Assembly: GCF_009914755.1 (NCBI RefSeq)
Contig: NC_060926.1
DNA: 64,000 nt
DNA from: the human T2T-CHM13v2.0 reference genome, Homo sapiens
Direction: 5' to 3' (one strand)
Shown here: one piece after another, positions 20,628 through 51,095 of the stretch
Layout of the letters: every line of letters begins with the position of its first letter
How positions within the stretch are numbered: the stretch's first letter is position 1
The notes under the pieces: generated by a model
Database searches by the model: none
Told to the model about the DNA's origin: nothing
The model's input: the letters and a program-made list of their open reading frames with translations, nothing else
Position numbers and translations under genes: made by a program

Positions 20628-22457
20628 AATGTTGCTATTGCACAGTCTCCTTTCAAAGCATCCTGTAACGTTTCTTCTTGTCAGTCATCCTGTTGTCCAT
20701 CCTGGAAAAATAGAATTCTTCTCAACCTTCTAAACGAAGATCACAAAATCAAGGTCAGAGTGCCATTATTTACTTCTAAATGACGGTGGAATAACATAAA
20801 GAATAGGTGCATGACATGGTTTTGATATGTGGCAGTTCACGTGCCCACAAATGGGTTTATGGCCTACGCAGAGAACCCTTAATTCAAATTGCTAGGTGGA
20901 TACTGTGTCTTTGATGCTCTTCCATCCCCTTTATGACCTTTCCATCCTCCTAGGTCCCTGGGGACCTAGGGGTCTCCACAAACAATGTATTTCTGCCCAC
21001 CCTGGATTTCCCTCTAGGCTAGAATGCTCTGAAGTGTAGCCTCCAGAGCAACTCAGACTTCTAAGGGCACACAGCAGTGATGCAGGGGACATTGAAGTTG
21101 CAGAGAAGTAAGGTGGCACCTAGATACCCAACTGTACGGCCTCCACTGGAGCACAGAGCCTGTCAGCTTCCCTGGCCTGCCCTGTAGATTCTCACATTGT
21201 GAGGGCATCCTTCCAGTGCAGGCTCAGAGGTGGCCTGAACAGAGAAGAAAATACTAGGTTATGGAGTGAGTTTAACCACGGCAGACAGTTGTCTTTATGA
21301 GGGGAGATGAGAAGTGGGTTGTTGTAAGTGGATGCCGTCTTGGGGAGGTGATTCATCCCCACAGTGTGGATTAATGCCTGCCATCTGACCGTTGCTCCGG
21401 AGGTGATGGATGTGGAAATGGATCCCAGGCAGAGATGGCTTTGAAAGGGCCCCCTCACCAATGGGAGCTCTCTCTGGCAGACATAGAACCAAACACCTCA
21501 AACACTTGTGGGGGTCCCATATACAGAACAAGATGTATCTTCTCAGACTGATAGCCATGGCTAAGATGGCCTCCCAGCTCCAGCCCTAGGAAATATCTAG
21601 CCATAGTGTCTGCCGGGGCAACTAAGCGTTCGCAGCAAGTACAACAGCACCTGGAGTTGCCCCATATCCCCGTTTTGTGGAAAAAGAAGCAGCCGCCATA
21701 AACAAGAGAACTTCATGTCACAAATCCTGAAAGTTAAAAATCCCAAGCGACAAAGAAATCTTAACGTTTCTTCCCAGCACCAACACAGAATCGTTCATAA
21801 ATCCTAAATGTTTACTAGATGAAGACTGTGACCGCTTTCAAATGTTCATGATCAGTACTCTTTTCACGTGGCCTTTTTGAAGAATGTTGACTTCGGACCG
21901 CAGTGCTTCACCTTCCCACCGCTGCTGAGTGTCACACAGCGTCATCTTCCCTCCCTGCCTGCCATGAGGCCCTTCCTGCTCAGCTGCCCACAGCAAATCA
22001 TGAAAGGATCACTAGGTTATATTTATAATTTTCAAAAACTTTAGAAACATACAAATATAAAATGAACATGTCAATGGTTTGATTCAAATCATTCATTAAA
22101 CAAGGGAACCAGAAATAGGTTAAAACTGGTTCAAAGGAGAACTTGAAGAATTGAGATTTACATTGTCAGTCCAGTCAAAGGAATGCTGAAACAAATTTGC
22201 TAATATATGCAAAGCTGGTTAATATACTACTACACAACAAACTATATAAATCATCTTTTCTACAAGACAGTAAAAAATTATATCTCTCCAATGCAAAATG
22301 CATTTTCATTGCTATGGGCTAGAATCATTTACAAAACCTTCAAATAAGAATCTTCATATTATTATTCCTTTTCTGCAAGTTAACCTCTACCTCTTAGAGT
22401 TGTAAAATACCCTGGCTAATAAAGTTAATCAAAATTACATAGCAACCACTGCATTGA

Positions 22458-22815
<358 letters not shown>

Positions 22816-23139
22816 TAATCTCAGTAATCTGTTAATTCTTCTTGAAAATGTATACATTAAAGTGTGTGGACTTGATGTGTTAAGGAACTGGGCCATTAGT
22901 CTCCAGCCTTCTCCTCTCTGGAAATGGGGTTTATGTAAATGCCAAAGCTCCTTTATAAGTTCTGAGCCCCTCAGTAGTTTTTCCCCTATAAAACTGGGTT
23001 TTGCTCAGGTGCATTTCTGCTAGCTAGGAGGCAGCTTGAAGTCCTGGCAAGCCAGGCTGGCATTCTAGAGAGTTCAGTGTAATCACAACACAGAAGAGTA
23101 CCTGGGCCTGGCCTTCCTGGAGACATATCAGGGAGGCCC

Positions 23140-23358
23140 TTGGAGCAAACTTTTTCTATACAGGACCAGATAGTAAATATTTTAGACTTTGCAGGTCGTA
23201 AAGTTTCTGTAGCAACTACTCAACTCTGCCACTGTAGCGCAAAAGCAGCCTTAGACCACATATGAATAAATGGGCACGGCCGTGTTCCAATAAAACTTTA
23301 TTTACAAAACAGGCCATGGGCTGGATTTGGCATATGGGCCACAATTTGTCTACCTCTG
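23140..23358 (+). mobile_element. MER58A hAT MITE
   Basis: gcaaactttttctata...gccgtgttccaataaaactttatttacaaaa...ctacctctg. Confidence 0.85.
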
Positions 23359-23377
23359 GTAGAGAGAATACAGGAGC

Positions 23378-24084
<707 letters not shown>

Positions 24085-24091
24085 CTACACC

Positions 24092-24232
24092 CTGTGCTTC
24101 TCAAACTTGAGCGCACAGCTCACTCACCTGGAGGGCTTCTCAAAACACAGATTGTGGGGCCCCGCCCCCTAAGTCTCAGATTCAGTACATCTGGTTCGAG
24201 GCCAAAGAATTTGCATTTCTTTCAAGTTCCCA
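24092..24232. mobile_element. MER5-family hAT fragment
   Basis: gcttctcaaacttgagcg...cacctggagggctt...aagaatttgcatttct. Confidence 0.75.
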
Positions 24233-24426
24233 AAGAAGAAGGTACATCTGGAGTCTAGTCAAGTTTTGAGAAAAGGGCTTTTCATTACAAGCAGAGTGTA
24301 ACCAGGAAAGATGGCTCCTTGTACCCACCAGAGGAATAAAAACATCTTTTAAGAAAAGTCTAAGATTCTGACATTTTGGTTACAAAGTCAAGAAATAAGC
24401 TCCACCTAAAAAAAATCATCATCATT

Positions 24427-25465
<1,039 letters not shown>

Positions 25466-25694
25466 CCTGTAAATAATTTTTAAAGAGGCAACCTCGATGG
25501 GCACTGATCAGTGAAACAGAGGTCGTTAGAGCGCTTGCTATCTGAAGGCGGAAATCCTCCATCCACTGGGCAACACTAGCCCTTGACTTAATTTCATTAC
25601 AATGAAGGTGAATTTGGCTCTGGTCACTATCGCTCCAGCTCAGAAAGTATTCTGGCTGCAGTGAGCCCTGGAAGAGACAGATCTGAAAATTTAC

Positions 25695-26272
<578 letters not shown>

Positions 26273-26427
26273 TATTTCCATTTTCACTGTTGTTTGGAGA
26301 AGAAATGAAAAGTTGAAGAGAGTGTTTAATCAGTTCATAAAGTTGCCAGGGGACTTTAACAGCTCACAAGAGTAAAATGCTAAAAGAGAAAATCTCCAAG
26401 CCTTAGGGAAGAAGCTTAAGGGAGTTA

Positions 26428-26802
<375 letters not shown>

Positions 26803-27072
26803 TCATTTCATTTCCAAACTTATAAATAACTGGCAACAAGTATTTTTGCAGAAAGCACTAGAGCAAAGTACTCTCCATCACAGCTGAAAAAGGGTTTTAT
26901 TTAACTTGGAACAGCTGCAGGCACAGAGACTGAAATGTTCCTGCCATTGAACACTGAGTTAGGGAGTTCCCAGCTACACAGGGCAGGGCAGCATCTCTGT
27001 AGGACACCTGGAACCAAATGGGCTGAACTGGAACAGAATGAAAGAGAAATCCAGGTGGGACCAGAGAAGTAA

Positions 27073-27493
<421 letters not shown>

Positions 27494-27661
27494 TAGAGAA
27501 CTTTCCAGGTCATGGCTAAGACAGACATATTGACCAGAGACACCATCAAAACACTTGCAGCCCAAACTGTGAAGTCATTTCAATATGACACCCAGTGACT
27601 CCTTTTGCAATTGTCATTCTCAACCCATTTACACTCTTTCTTCTTATAAGAAGAGATTTTT

Positions 27662-27935
27662 TGGCTGGCTGCAGTGGCTCACACCTGTAATCCCAGCACT
27701 TTAGGAGGCCGAGGCAGGCAGATTTCTTGAGTCCAGGAGCTCAACACCATCCTGGACAACATGGCAAAACCCTGTCTCTACAAAAAATACAAAAATTAGC
27801 TTGGCATGGCGGTTCACAACTGTGGCCCAGCTAGTCAGGAGGCTGAGGTGGGAGGATTGCTTGAGGCTGGGAGGCAGGTTTCAGTGAGCTGTGATCATGC
27901 CACTGCACTCCAGTCTGGTCAAAAGAGTGAAGCCC
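27662..27935 (+). mobile_element. AluJ whose purine-rich tail hosts the L1 at 28311
   Basis: Old Alu dimer followed by GA-rich tract. Confidence 0.88.
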
Positions 27936-27936
27936 A

Positions 27937-28310
27937 GAAGAAAGAGAAAGAGAAGAAAAGAGAAGGAAGAGAAGGGAAGGGAAAGGAAAGGAAAGGAGAA
28001 GGGAGAGAGAGAGAGAGAGAGAAAGGAAAGAAAGAGAGAGAAAGAGAAGGGAGGGAGGGAGGGAAAGAAGGAGGGACGGAGGGAGGTAAGGAAGGAAGGA
28101 AGGAAATAAAGGGGAAACAAAAGAAGAAAGAAAGGGAAAGGAAAGGAAGAGAGAGAAAGAAAAAAAGAGAAAGGAAAGGGAGGGGAGGGGAGAGGAGAGG
28201 AGAGGAGGGGAGAGGACGGGAGGGGAGGGGAGGGGAGAAGAGGGGAGAAGAGAAGAGAAGAGAAGAGAAGAGAAGAGAAGAGAAGAGAAGAGAAGAGAAG
28301 AGAAGAGAAG
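27937..28310 (+). repeat. Polypurine tract ending in (AGAAG)13
   Basis: ~370 bp almost purely A/G; perfect AGAAG units 28246-28310. Confidence 0.95.
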
Positions 28311-29339
28311 GTCACTTCCAAGATGGCCAAATAGCAACAGCTCCAGTCTGCAGCCCCTAGCGAGATCAATGCAGAAGACGGTTGATGTCTGCATTTCCAA
28401 CTGAGGTACCTGGTTCATCTCATTGGGACTGGTTGGACAGTGGATACAGCCCATGGAGGGTGAGCTGAAGCAGGGCAGGGTGTCGCCTCACCTGGGAAGT
28501 GCAAGGGGTTGGGGGATTTCTCCTTCCTAGCCAAGGGAAGCCATATGACAGACTGTACCTGGAGAAATGGTATACTTCTGACCAAATACTGCACTATGCC
28601 CACAGTCCTAGCAACTGGCAAACCAGCAGATACCCTCCCATGCCTGGCTCAGCGGGTCCCATGCCAACAGAGCCTTGCTCACTGCTAGCACAACAGTGTG
28701 AGATCAACCTGCGATGCTGTAGCTGGACGAGCGGAGGGGAGTCCGTCATTGCTGAGGCTTGACTAGCTCACAGTATAAACAAAGAGGACTGGAAGCATGA
28801 ACCGGGCGGAGCCCACCTCAGCTCAGCAAGGCCTACTGCCTCTATAGATTCCACCTCTGGGGGCACGGCATAATAGAACAAAAGGCAGCAGACAGCTTCT
28901 GCAGGCTTAAATGTCCCTGTGTGACAGCTCTGAAGAAAGCAGTGGTTCTCACAGCATGGCATTTGAACACCAAGAACAGACAGACTACCTCCTCAGTTAG
29001 GTCCCTGACCCCCATGTAGCCTGACTGGGGAACACCTCCCAGTAGGGGCCAACAGACACCTCAAACAGGCGGGTGCCCCTCTGGGACAAAGCTTCCAGAG
29101 GAAGGATCAGGCAGCAATATTTGCTGTTCTGCAGCCTCTGCTGGTGATACCCAGGCAAACAGGGCCTGGAGTGGACCTCCAGCAAACTCCAACACACCTG
29201 CAGCTGAGGGGTCTGATTGTTAGAAGGAAAACTAACAAATGAAAAAAATAGCATCAACATCAACACAAAGGACATGCACGCCAAAACCCCATCTGTAGGT
29301 CACCAACATCAAAGACCAAAGGTAGATAAAACCACAAAG

Positions 29340-30377
29340 ATGGGGAGAAACCAGAGCAAAAAAGCTAAAAATTCCAAAAAACAGAGCGCCTCTTCTCCTC
29401 CAAAGGATCGCAGCTCCTCGCTAGCAAGGGAACAAAACTGGACAGGGAATGATTTTGAAGAGTTGACAGAAGTAGGCTTTAGAAGGTCAGTAATAACAAA
29501 CTTCTCCAAGCTAAAGGAGAGTGTTCTAACCCATTGCAAGGAAGCTAAAAACCTTGAAAAAAGGTTAGATGAATGGCTAACTAGAATAAATACTAGAGAA
29601 TACCTTAAATGACCTGATGGAGCTGAAAACCATGGCACGAGAACTTCGTGATGCATGCACAAGCTTCAATAGCTGATTCGATCAAGTGGAAGAAAGGATA
29701 TCAGTGATTGAAGATCAAATTAATGAAATAAAGCAAGAAGACAAGATTAGAGAAAAATGAGTGAAGACAAACGAATAAAGCCTCCAAGAAATATGAGACT
29801 ATGTGAAAAGACCAAATATACATTTGATTACTGTACTGGAAAGTGACAGAGAGAAGGGAACCAAGTTAAAAAACACTCTTCAGGATATTATCCAGGAGAA
29901 CTTCCCTAACCTAGCAAGGCAGGCCAACATTCAAATTCAGGAAATACAGAGAACACCACAAAGATACTCCTCCAGAAGAGCAACCCCGAGACACATAATT
30001 GTCAGATTCACCAAGGTTGAAATGAAGGAAAAAAAGTTAAGGGCAGCCAGAGAGAAAGGTTGGGTTACCCACAAAGGGAAGCCCATCAGACTAAGAGTGG
30101 ATCTCTCGGCTGAAACCCTACAAGCCAAAAGACAGTGGGGGCCAATATTCAACATTCTTAAAAAAAAAAAAAAAAAAAAAACAATTTTCAAACCAGAATC
30201 TCATATCCAGCCAAACTAAGCTTCATAAGCAAAGGAGAAATAAAATCCTTTACAGACAAGCAAATGCTGAGAGATTTTGTCACCACCAGGCCTGCCTTAC
30301 AAGAGCTTCTGAAGAAAGCACTAAACATGGAAGGCAACAACCAGTACCAGCCACTGCAAAAACATGACAAATGGTAA
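29340..30377 (+). pseudogene. L1 ORF1p remnant
   Basis: MGRNQSKK start; stops; expanded A run at ~30160-30181 shifts the frame. Confidence 0.9.
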
Positions 30378-30440
30378 AGACTATCGACGCTATGAAGAAA
30401 CTGCATCAATTAACGGGCAAAATAACCAGCTAACATCATA

Positions 30441-34593
<4,153 letters not shown>

Positions 34594-34792
34594 ACAATGA
34601 GAATACGTGGACACAGGGCAGGGAACATCACACACTGGGGCTGGTCAGGGTTTGGGAGGCTCAGGGAGGGATAGCATTTGGAGAAATAACTAATGTAAAT
34701 GACGAGTTGGTGGGTGCAGCAAACCAACATGGCACATGTATACCTTTGTAACAAACCTGCACATTGTGCACATGTACCCTAGAACTTAAAGT

Positions 34793-34926
34793 GAAAGAAA
34801 GAAAGAGAGAGAGAGAGGGAGAGAGAGAGGAAGGAAAAGGGAAGGGAAGGAAAAGGGAAGGAAAAGGGAAAGGAAGGGAAGGAAAAGGGAAGGGAAGGGA
34901 AGGAAAAGGGAAGGGAAGGGAAGGGA
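34793..34926 (+). repeat. Polypurine tract with AAGGG/GGAAA units
   Basis: Seen directly after the L1 3' end. Confidence 0.93.
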
Positions 34927-35549
34927 CTTTTTTACAGTGAAGAAAAAATAATGTCACTGAAGGCTTTTTGTCATCTAAGCTGTGTAAAATTACTGAGGAA
35001 TAGTGAGGAGTGGGGAACCAGGGAAGCAACCCTGCTGACAAATTTAACCCTACCCAGGACAAAACAAAAACCTGCAGGGTTTCTCCTACTGCACTGTGAT
35101 GCTAGAAGATACTGAATAAAGAGATGCGCTTTAGGGTGAAGGGACATATTAAAGGGGTTTTGGTTACAGAAAGATAGGTATCTATGCTTAGTCTGGTGGG
35201 CCTGAAGAGAGATGAACTGGAGGAAAACATTTCATTTCTTACGAGGCAGCTGGTGGAGAAGAAAAGGAAGGAGCCCAGCCAGCCACCTGGCACTCTATGC
35301 AGAGACAACTGGGAAGATGCTCCCTGGCTCAGGACCCGACAGAACTCCCCTCCACTGCCTCGAACCTTCAGTATAAGTTTGGTACATGCAGCATTATGGG
35401 TAGTTTTCAACAAGGCAGTGTGGGAGACAGGCAGAACTTCCCAGGGGAGGAAAAGATAGAGGACTAAGGAGCAACAGGAAAAATATAAACCTTCCAAGAA
35501 TATCCAGGGGCCTACTATTAGTGGAATAATGGCTCAAGCTAATGATTAT

Positions 35550-36020
35550 TCATTCACCCTTTTATTCAACCAATATTAACTGAGTGCCACCTACATGCTA
35601 AGTACAGTCCAGCCAATGTGCACCAGTGCAGGAAAACCAATTGTGCACATTCCTTCCCAACTCCACGTTTAGTCATGTCATGTTGGTAGTTTGAAGTCAG
35701 CCATGGTAGGAATATTGGCACCATAGTAATTGGCAAATGCTACAAATCAGAACTTTTTTCCCCTCAGAGAGTTGGTTTGCCACTAACCACTGGCCAGCCA
35801 CTCTTTTGGATACTGAGAAAAGAGCAATGAGCAAAACAGACAAGGTTATAACCCTAGAAGAGCATATGTTATAGAAGGGAAAGATCAAAGAATTGATTGA
35901 TTGATTGATTGATTGATTCACAAGCTATTTTCGAATGGTGAATAGGGCTAGGAAGACAAGAAAAAGGGGTGACTGATAGGCTGCAGAGGTTGGGAAGATC
36001 TCTTTAAGGAGGTAACACTT
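35550..36020 (-). mobile_element. L2 3' fragment containing a MER63-like element (35610-35792) and (GATT)n
   Basis: ttcattcacc...tattaactgagtgccacctac; MER63 core ttcccaactccacgtttagt...gcaaatgctacaaatcag. Confidence 0.65.
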
Positions 36021-36300
36021 GCCTGGATGCAGTGGCTCATGCCTGTAATCTCAGCACTTGGGGAGGCCAAGGTGGGAGGATCGCTTCAGTCCAGGAATTT
36101 GAGACCAGCCTGGGTAACATAGCGAGACCCCGTCTCTATAAAAAAAAAAAAAATGTTTTTCAATTAGCCAGGCATGGTAGTGTGTACCTGTAGTTCCAGC
36201 TACTCGGGAGGCTAAGGTAAGAGTATCACTTAAGCCCAGGAATTCAAGGCTGCAGTGAGCTATGATTGTGCCACTGCACTCCAGCCTGAGTGACAGAGTG

Positions 36301-36351
<51 letters not shown>

Positions 36352-37087
36352 AAGAAAGAATGGGTGCAGTGGCTCACACCTGTAATCTCAGCACTCTGGG
36401 AGGCCAAGGCAGGCAGATCACCTAAGATCAGGAGTTCAAGACCAGCCTGGCCAACATGGTAAAACCCCGTCTCTACTAAAAATACAAAAAAACATTATCT
36501 GGGCGTGGTGGCACACACCTGTAATCTCCGCTACTCAGGAGGCTTAGGTAGGAGAATAGTTTGAACCTGGGAGGCAGAGGTTGCAGTGAGCCAAGACTGC
36601 GCCACTGCACTCCACCCTGGGCAACAGAGTGAGACTCCATCTCAGTAAATAAATAAATAAATAACAGAGGTAAGCAACACTTGAGCAGTGAAATGAATTT
36701 TTTAAAAGAAAATCATCCCAGCAGTTTGGGGTTATCTGTAGAGCAGGCAGCTCTTTGTAGCATGCTGTTATAGTCTCCCATCGTAAAAACACCTTCCGGC
36801 CGGGTGAGGTGGCTCACGCCTGTAATCCCAGCACTTTGGGAGGCCAAGGCGGGCAGATCACGAGGTCAAGAGCTCAAGACTATCCTGGCCAACATGGTGA
36901 AACCTCGTCTCTACTAAAAATACAAAAATTAGCTGGGCGTGGTGGCGCATGCCTATAGTCCCAGCTACTCAGGAGGCTGAAGCAGGAGAATCGCTTGAAC
37001 CCGGGAGGCGGAACCTGCAGTGAGCCGAGATGCACTCCACTGCACTCCAGCCTGGCGACAGAGCAAGACTCCGTCTCAAAAAAAAAA
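36020..37087 (+). mobile_element. Three sense Alus (36020-36300, 36360-36662, 36797-37087)
   Basis: Dimers with tails. Confidence 0.92.
36301..36350 (+). repeat. (AGAT)~12 tetranucleotide STR in Alu tail
   Basis: Seen directly. Confidence 0.95.
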
Positions 37088-37758
37088 CCTTCCCCAGCCC
37101 CTCCCTCTTTTCTCTCCTTGCCTTTATAGCCAGCTGCTCCCAAAAGAGGCCTCTGTTTATTTCCTCCAATTCCTCCTCTCCCTGCTTGCTCCCACCACTC
37201 ACCAATACCACTCTTGTCAAGGTCACGAGCAAACTTCATATTGCTGAGTCCTGTGGTTGACTTTCATCCTTTATCTGACTGAAGCTCTTGGCAGCACTTG
37301 ACAGAACAAGCCACTCCCTCCTCCTCACATATTGTTTGCATTTGGCTTCCAGGACGTCACCCCTCCTGAATTCCTCCCATCTCACCAGCTGGGCTTTTTT
37401 TTTCTTCAGTCTCTTTTGCTGGTTCTTCTCTAAACCCCTGACCTCTAAATGCGGAGGTGTCCAGGCCTCACTTTTTGGACCTCTTCCCTTTCCTGACTAT
37501 ACTTCTTTTTCAGAGACCTCATCCAGCCTCACAGCTGTAGGTTCCAGCTCCGTGCTGATGAGTCTCAAACCCACGTCAGCTGGCCAGACCGCTCACCTGA
37601 ACATCCACTGCTTACTTAACATCTCCACCTGGAGCTAGAGTGATCCTTTAAAGTGTGATTTGTATCTCATCACTCCTTTGCTTCAAATCCTCCAATGGCA
37701 ACACAGTGAGGCAAAGATAGTCTTTTTAACAAATGGTGCTGGAACAATGGTATATCCA

Positions 37759-38130
37759 TGATATAGTTTGGCTCTGTGTGCCCACCCAGATCTCACCTTG
37801 AATTGTAATAATCCCCATGTGTCAAGGGTGGTAGCAGGTGGAGGTAATCAAATGACGGGGGAGGTTTCCTCCATGCTGTTCTCCTGATAATGAGTGAGTC
37901 TCACAAGATCTGATGGTTTTATAAGCCTCTGGCATTTCTCCTGCTCGCACTCACTCCATCTTGCTGCCCTGTGAAAAAAGTGTCTGCTTCTCCTTTGCCT
38001 TCCACCATGATTATAAGTTTCCTGAGGCTTCCCCAGCAATGAGAAACTATGAGTCAATGAAACCTCTTTCCTTTATCAATTATCCAGTCTCAGGTATTTC
38101 CTCATAGCAGTGTGAGAACAGAATAATACA
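37759..38130 (+). mobile_element. THE1-family (THE1C/D-like) MaLR solo LTR
   Basis: TGATATAGTTTGGCTCTGTG...AATACA; 5-bp TSD atcca. Confidence 0.9.
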
Positions 38131-38237
38131 ATCCACTTACAAAAAATGAATCCAGACACAGATCTTACAGCCTTCACAAAAATTAGCTTGAAATAGATCA
38201 CAGCCCTAAACGGAAAACGGAACACTGTAAAACTTCT

Positions 38238-38662
38238 TCCTATGATTTAGGTGTTTGCACCCTCCAAAATTCCTGTTGAAACTGAATCCCCAATGTGGCA
38301 GTATTGGGGCCTTTAAGAGGTGATTGTGTCATGAAGGTTCTGCTCTCATGAATGAATTAATCCATTCATGGATTAATGGATTAAAGGGTTAACGGATTAA
38401 TGTGTTACTATGAGAATGAGACTGGTGGCTTTAAAAGGAGAGGAGAGACTTGATCTAGCACATTCAGGCCCCTCACCATGTGATGCTGTGCACCACCTTG
38501 GGACTCTATGGAGAGTCCCCACAGCAAGAAGGCCCTCACCAGATGCAACCCTTCAGGTTATGACTTCTCAGCCTCTATAACTGTAAGAAATACATTCCTT
38601 TTCTTTATACATTTCCCAGTTTTAGTTATCCAGTTATGAGCAACAGAAAGTGAACTAAGACA
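38238..38662 (+). mobile_element. MST-family (MSTD-like) MaLR solo LTR
   Basis: ccctccaaaattcctgttgaaact...cagcaagaaggccctcaccagatgc...actaagaca. Confidence 0.82.
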
Positions 38663-38697
38663 CTCCTAGAAGATAGGAGAAAATCTAGATGACCTAG

Positions 38698-39546
<849 letters not shown>

Positions 39547-40356
39547 TGAAAAATGAGCCAAAGACTTTAGCAGACACCTCACCAAAGAAGAGGTGGCAAA
39601 TAAGTATACAAAAATGGGCTCACATCATATGTCATCAGGAAAATGCAAATTAAAACCATGAGACACCTTTATACAGCTATTAGAATAACCCAAATCCAGA
39701 ACACTGACAACACCAAATGCAGGCAAGGGAGTGGAGCAATAGGAACTCTCATTCATTACTCGTGGAAATGCAAAATAGTACTATTGCCTTGGAAGACAGT
39801 TTGGTGGTTTCTAAACATACTAAACATAGTCTTTTACACAAAACTAAACTTACTCTTAACATAAAATCTAGCAATCATGCTCCTTGGTATTTACCCAAAG
39901 GAGTTGAAGACTTATGTCTACACAAAAGTCTGCACACCAATATTTATAGCAGCTTTATTCATAACTGCCAAAACTTGGAAGCAAACAAGATGTCCTTCAG
40001 TAGGTAAATGGGTAAATAAACTGTGGTACATCCAGACACTAAAATACTATTCAGAGCTTAAAAACAAACTGTCAAGCCATGAAAAGACAAGGAGGAAACT
40101 TAAATGCATATCACCAAGCGAAAGAAGCCAATCTGAAAAGGCCATGTACTGCATGATTCCAACTATATGACATTCTGAAAAAGGCAACACATGGAGACAG
40201 TGAAAATATCAACAGTGGCCGGGCACGGTGGCTCACGCCTGTAATCCCAGCACTTTGGGAGTCTGAGGCAGGTGGATCACCTGAGGTCAGGAGCTTAAGA
40301 CCAGCCTGGTCAACATGGTGAAACCCCATCTCTACTAAAAACACAAAAAGTAACTA

Positions 40357-40542
<186 letters not shown>

Positions 40543-41339
40543 TTAGACAGGAGAGAGAGATAAAGAGTTGGGGCCCAGAGGATTTGCAGGACAGTGAAAC
40601 TAGTCTGTATGATACTATATAGTGGATACATGTTATCGTACATTTGTCTAAGCCCATAAAATGTACACCAAGAGTAAACCCTAATTTAAAACTATGGACT
40701 CTAGGTGATTATGATTATCATTGTAGGTTCGTCACTTCTAACAAATATACCCCCTAGTGGAGGATATTGACAGTGGGGGAGGTTGTACATGTGTGAGGCC
40801 ATGGGGTATATGAAATATCTCTGTACATTCTGCTCAATTTTTCTGTGAACCTAAAACTGCTCTAAAAACTAAAGTTTATTTGGCCCGGTGTGGTGGCTCA
40901 TGCCTGTAATCCCAGCACTTTGGGAGACCGAGTCAAGTGGATCATTTGAGGTCAGGAGTTCAAGACCAGGCTGGCCAACATCATGAGACCCTGTCTCTAC
41001 TAAAAATACAAAAATTAGCTGGGCGTGGTTGCATGTGCCTGTAATCCCAGCTACTAGGAAGACTGAAGCATGAGAATCACTTGAACCAAGGAGGTGGAGG
41101 TTGCAGTTAGCCAAGATCGCACCACTGCACTCCAGCCTGGGTGTCAGAGTGAGACTCTGTCTTAAATAAATTAATAAATTAAATTTTAAAATAAAAAGTC
41201 TATTAAGGCATTAAAAAAAAAATCCTCTAACAGCTCCCACCTTGCTCAAAGTCAACACCAAAGTCATCCAAATGATCTACAAGGCCCCCTCCCTGTACTT
41301 CTGTGACCCGCTCTGGATTCATTGAAGACCTGCTTCATT

Positions 41340-41800
41340 GTAAGAGCGTTAGGAGGAGTGGGAGACTAAGGCTGGCCTAGTTCAGTTTCCCCGCTCCCCA
41401 GACAGGCCTGAGCAAGGGCTTGGGAGCCAGGCACTTATGTGAAAGACAAATTCAGGACCCACATATGATGGGAGTAGGAGAAAAGCCATCAGACGGCCCA
41501 TTTGTGAGGGGGTGGACACGTGGGGTTCCTCCCACCGGGAACCCTCTGGGTAAGCATCTAGAACCCACCTGTGGCGGTGGGGGGCGGGGGGTGCAGGCTG
41601 CTGAGCCTCTTTGTGCTCTCTCCCATCCTTCCCTGGTTGGTGGTTGTTCCGGGGGCCATAACTGTTGGGAGTTTCTCTTTCTCCAGCTTGCAGTCCTGCA
41701 AGCCCCCATGGCATCTGAGAAAACTCCCAGGCACAGAAGGGTTGAGCCAGGCACTTGGGAAGGATGTTGCCGGATGTTGGAGACCTCCACAGCCTCTGGT
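41340..41800 (-). mobile_element. Decayed ERVL-class LTR (LTR16/33-like)
   Basis: Weak resemblance (cagacaggcctgagcaagggcttgggagccaggcacttat). Confidence 0.35.
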
Positions 41801-42063
41801 GGGGAACTGCCCAAGGTCCAAGCCAGGGGGAGGGCCTATCCCGCCTCTGATGGCTGGAGGCTCTGGATATCACCAAAGATTTGAAAATTTGACTGTGTCT
41901 ACAGCCATTCCACCCTGACAGAGTGAAAGTACTGCATATATTTAATAGTCTTAAGGATAAATACAGAGAGTAGTTAAAAGTATAAACAAATCAATGAGAA
42001 TGCTAAACACTAGATTCAGAAATATTGTTGCCACTGAAAGAAGCGGCAGGAGATGTGGTCTAG

Positions 42064-43077
<1,014 letters not shown>

Positions 43078-43089
43078 ATATAATTATTT

Positions 43090-46212
<3,123 letters not shown>

Positions 46213-46214
46213 AG

Positions 46215-46423
46215 CAGGGTTTCTCAGCCTCAGCACTACTGGCATTTAGGACCAAATACTTTTTTGTCCCGGGGACTGTCCTGTATCTTGTAGGACGTTT
46301 TGCAACACCTCTGGCCTCTCCCTACTAGATGCCAGTAGCACCCCCACCTATGACAAATAGCATCTTTCCAGACTGTTACATGTTGCTTCTGGGGTGCAAA
46401 AATCACACCCCCCACAACCACTG
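46215..46423. mobile_element. MER20 hAT element
   Basis: cagggtttctcagcctcagcactact...ctactagatgccagtagcac...aaccactg. Confidence 0.85.
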
Positions 46424-46575
46424 GATCTACAGGAAACATGATTTGTTTATGTAATTTTAAAATGTGATTATGTAATAAAAAATAATACATTGGATAGAAA
46501 TACAGATGATGATAGACAAATAGATAAATGATGGCAAGTAGATGGATGGATAGACAGATAGAAAGAAATAATGTA

Positions 46576-49043
<2,468 letters not shown>

Positions 49044-49074
49044 GTGAGAATAGTTTTAAGTAGATGTTTGTTGT

Positions 49075-51095
<2,021 letters not shown>

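Noticed and set aside
27806-28454. Charged or Ser/Leu/Phe-rich ORFs
   Set aside because: Translation of the polypurine tract.
37843-37860. DUX4 site in the THE1 LTR
   Set aside because: Reads TAATCAAATGA, mismatching the required AATCA half-site.
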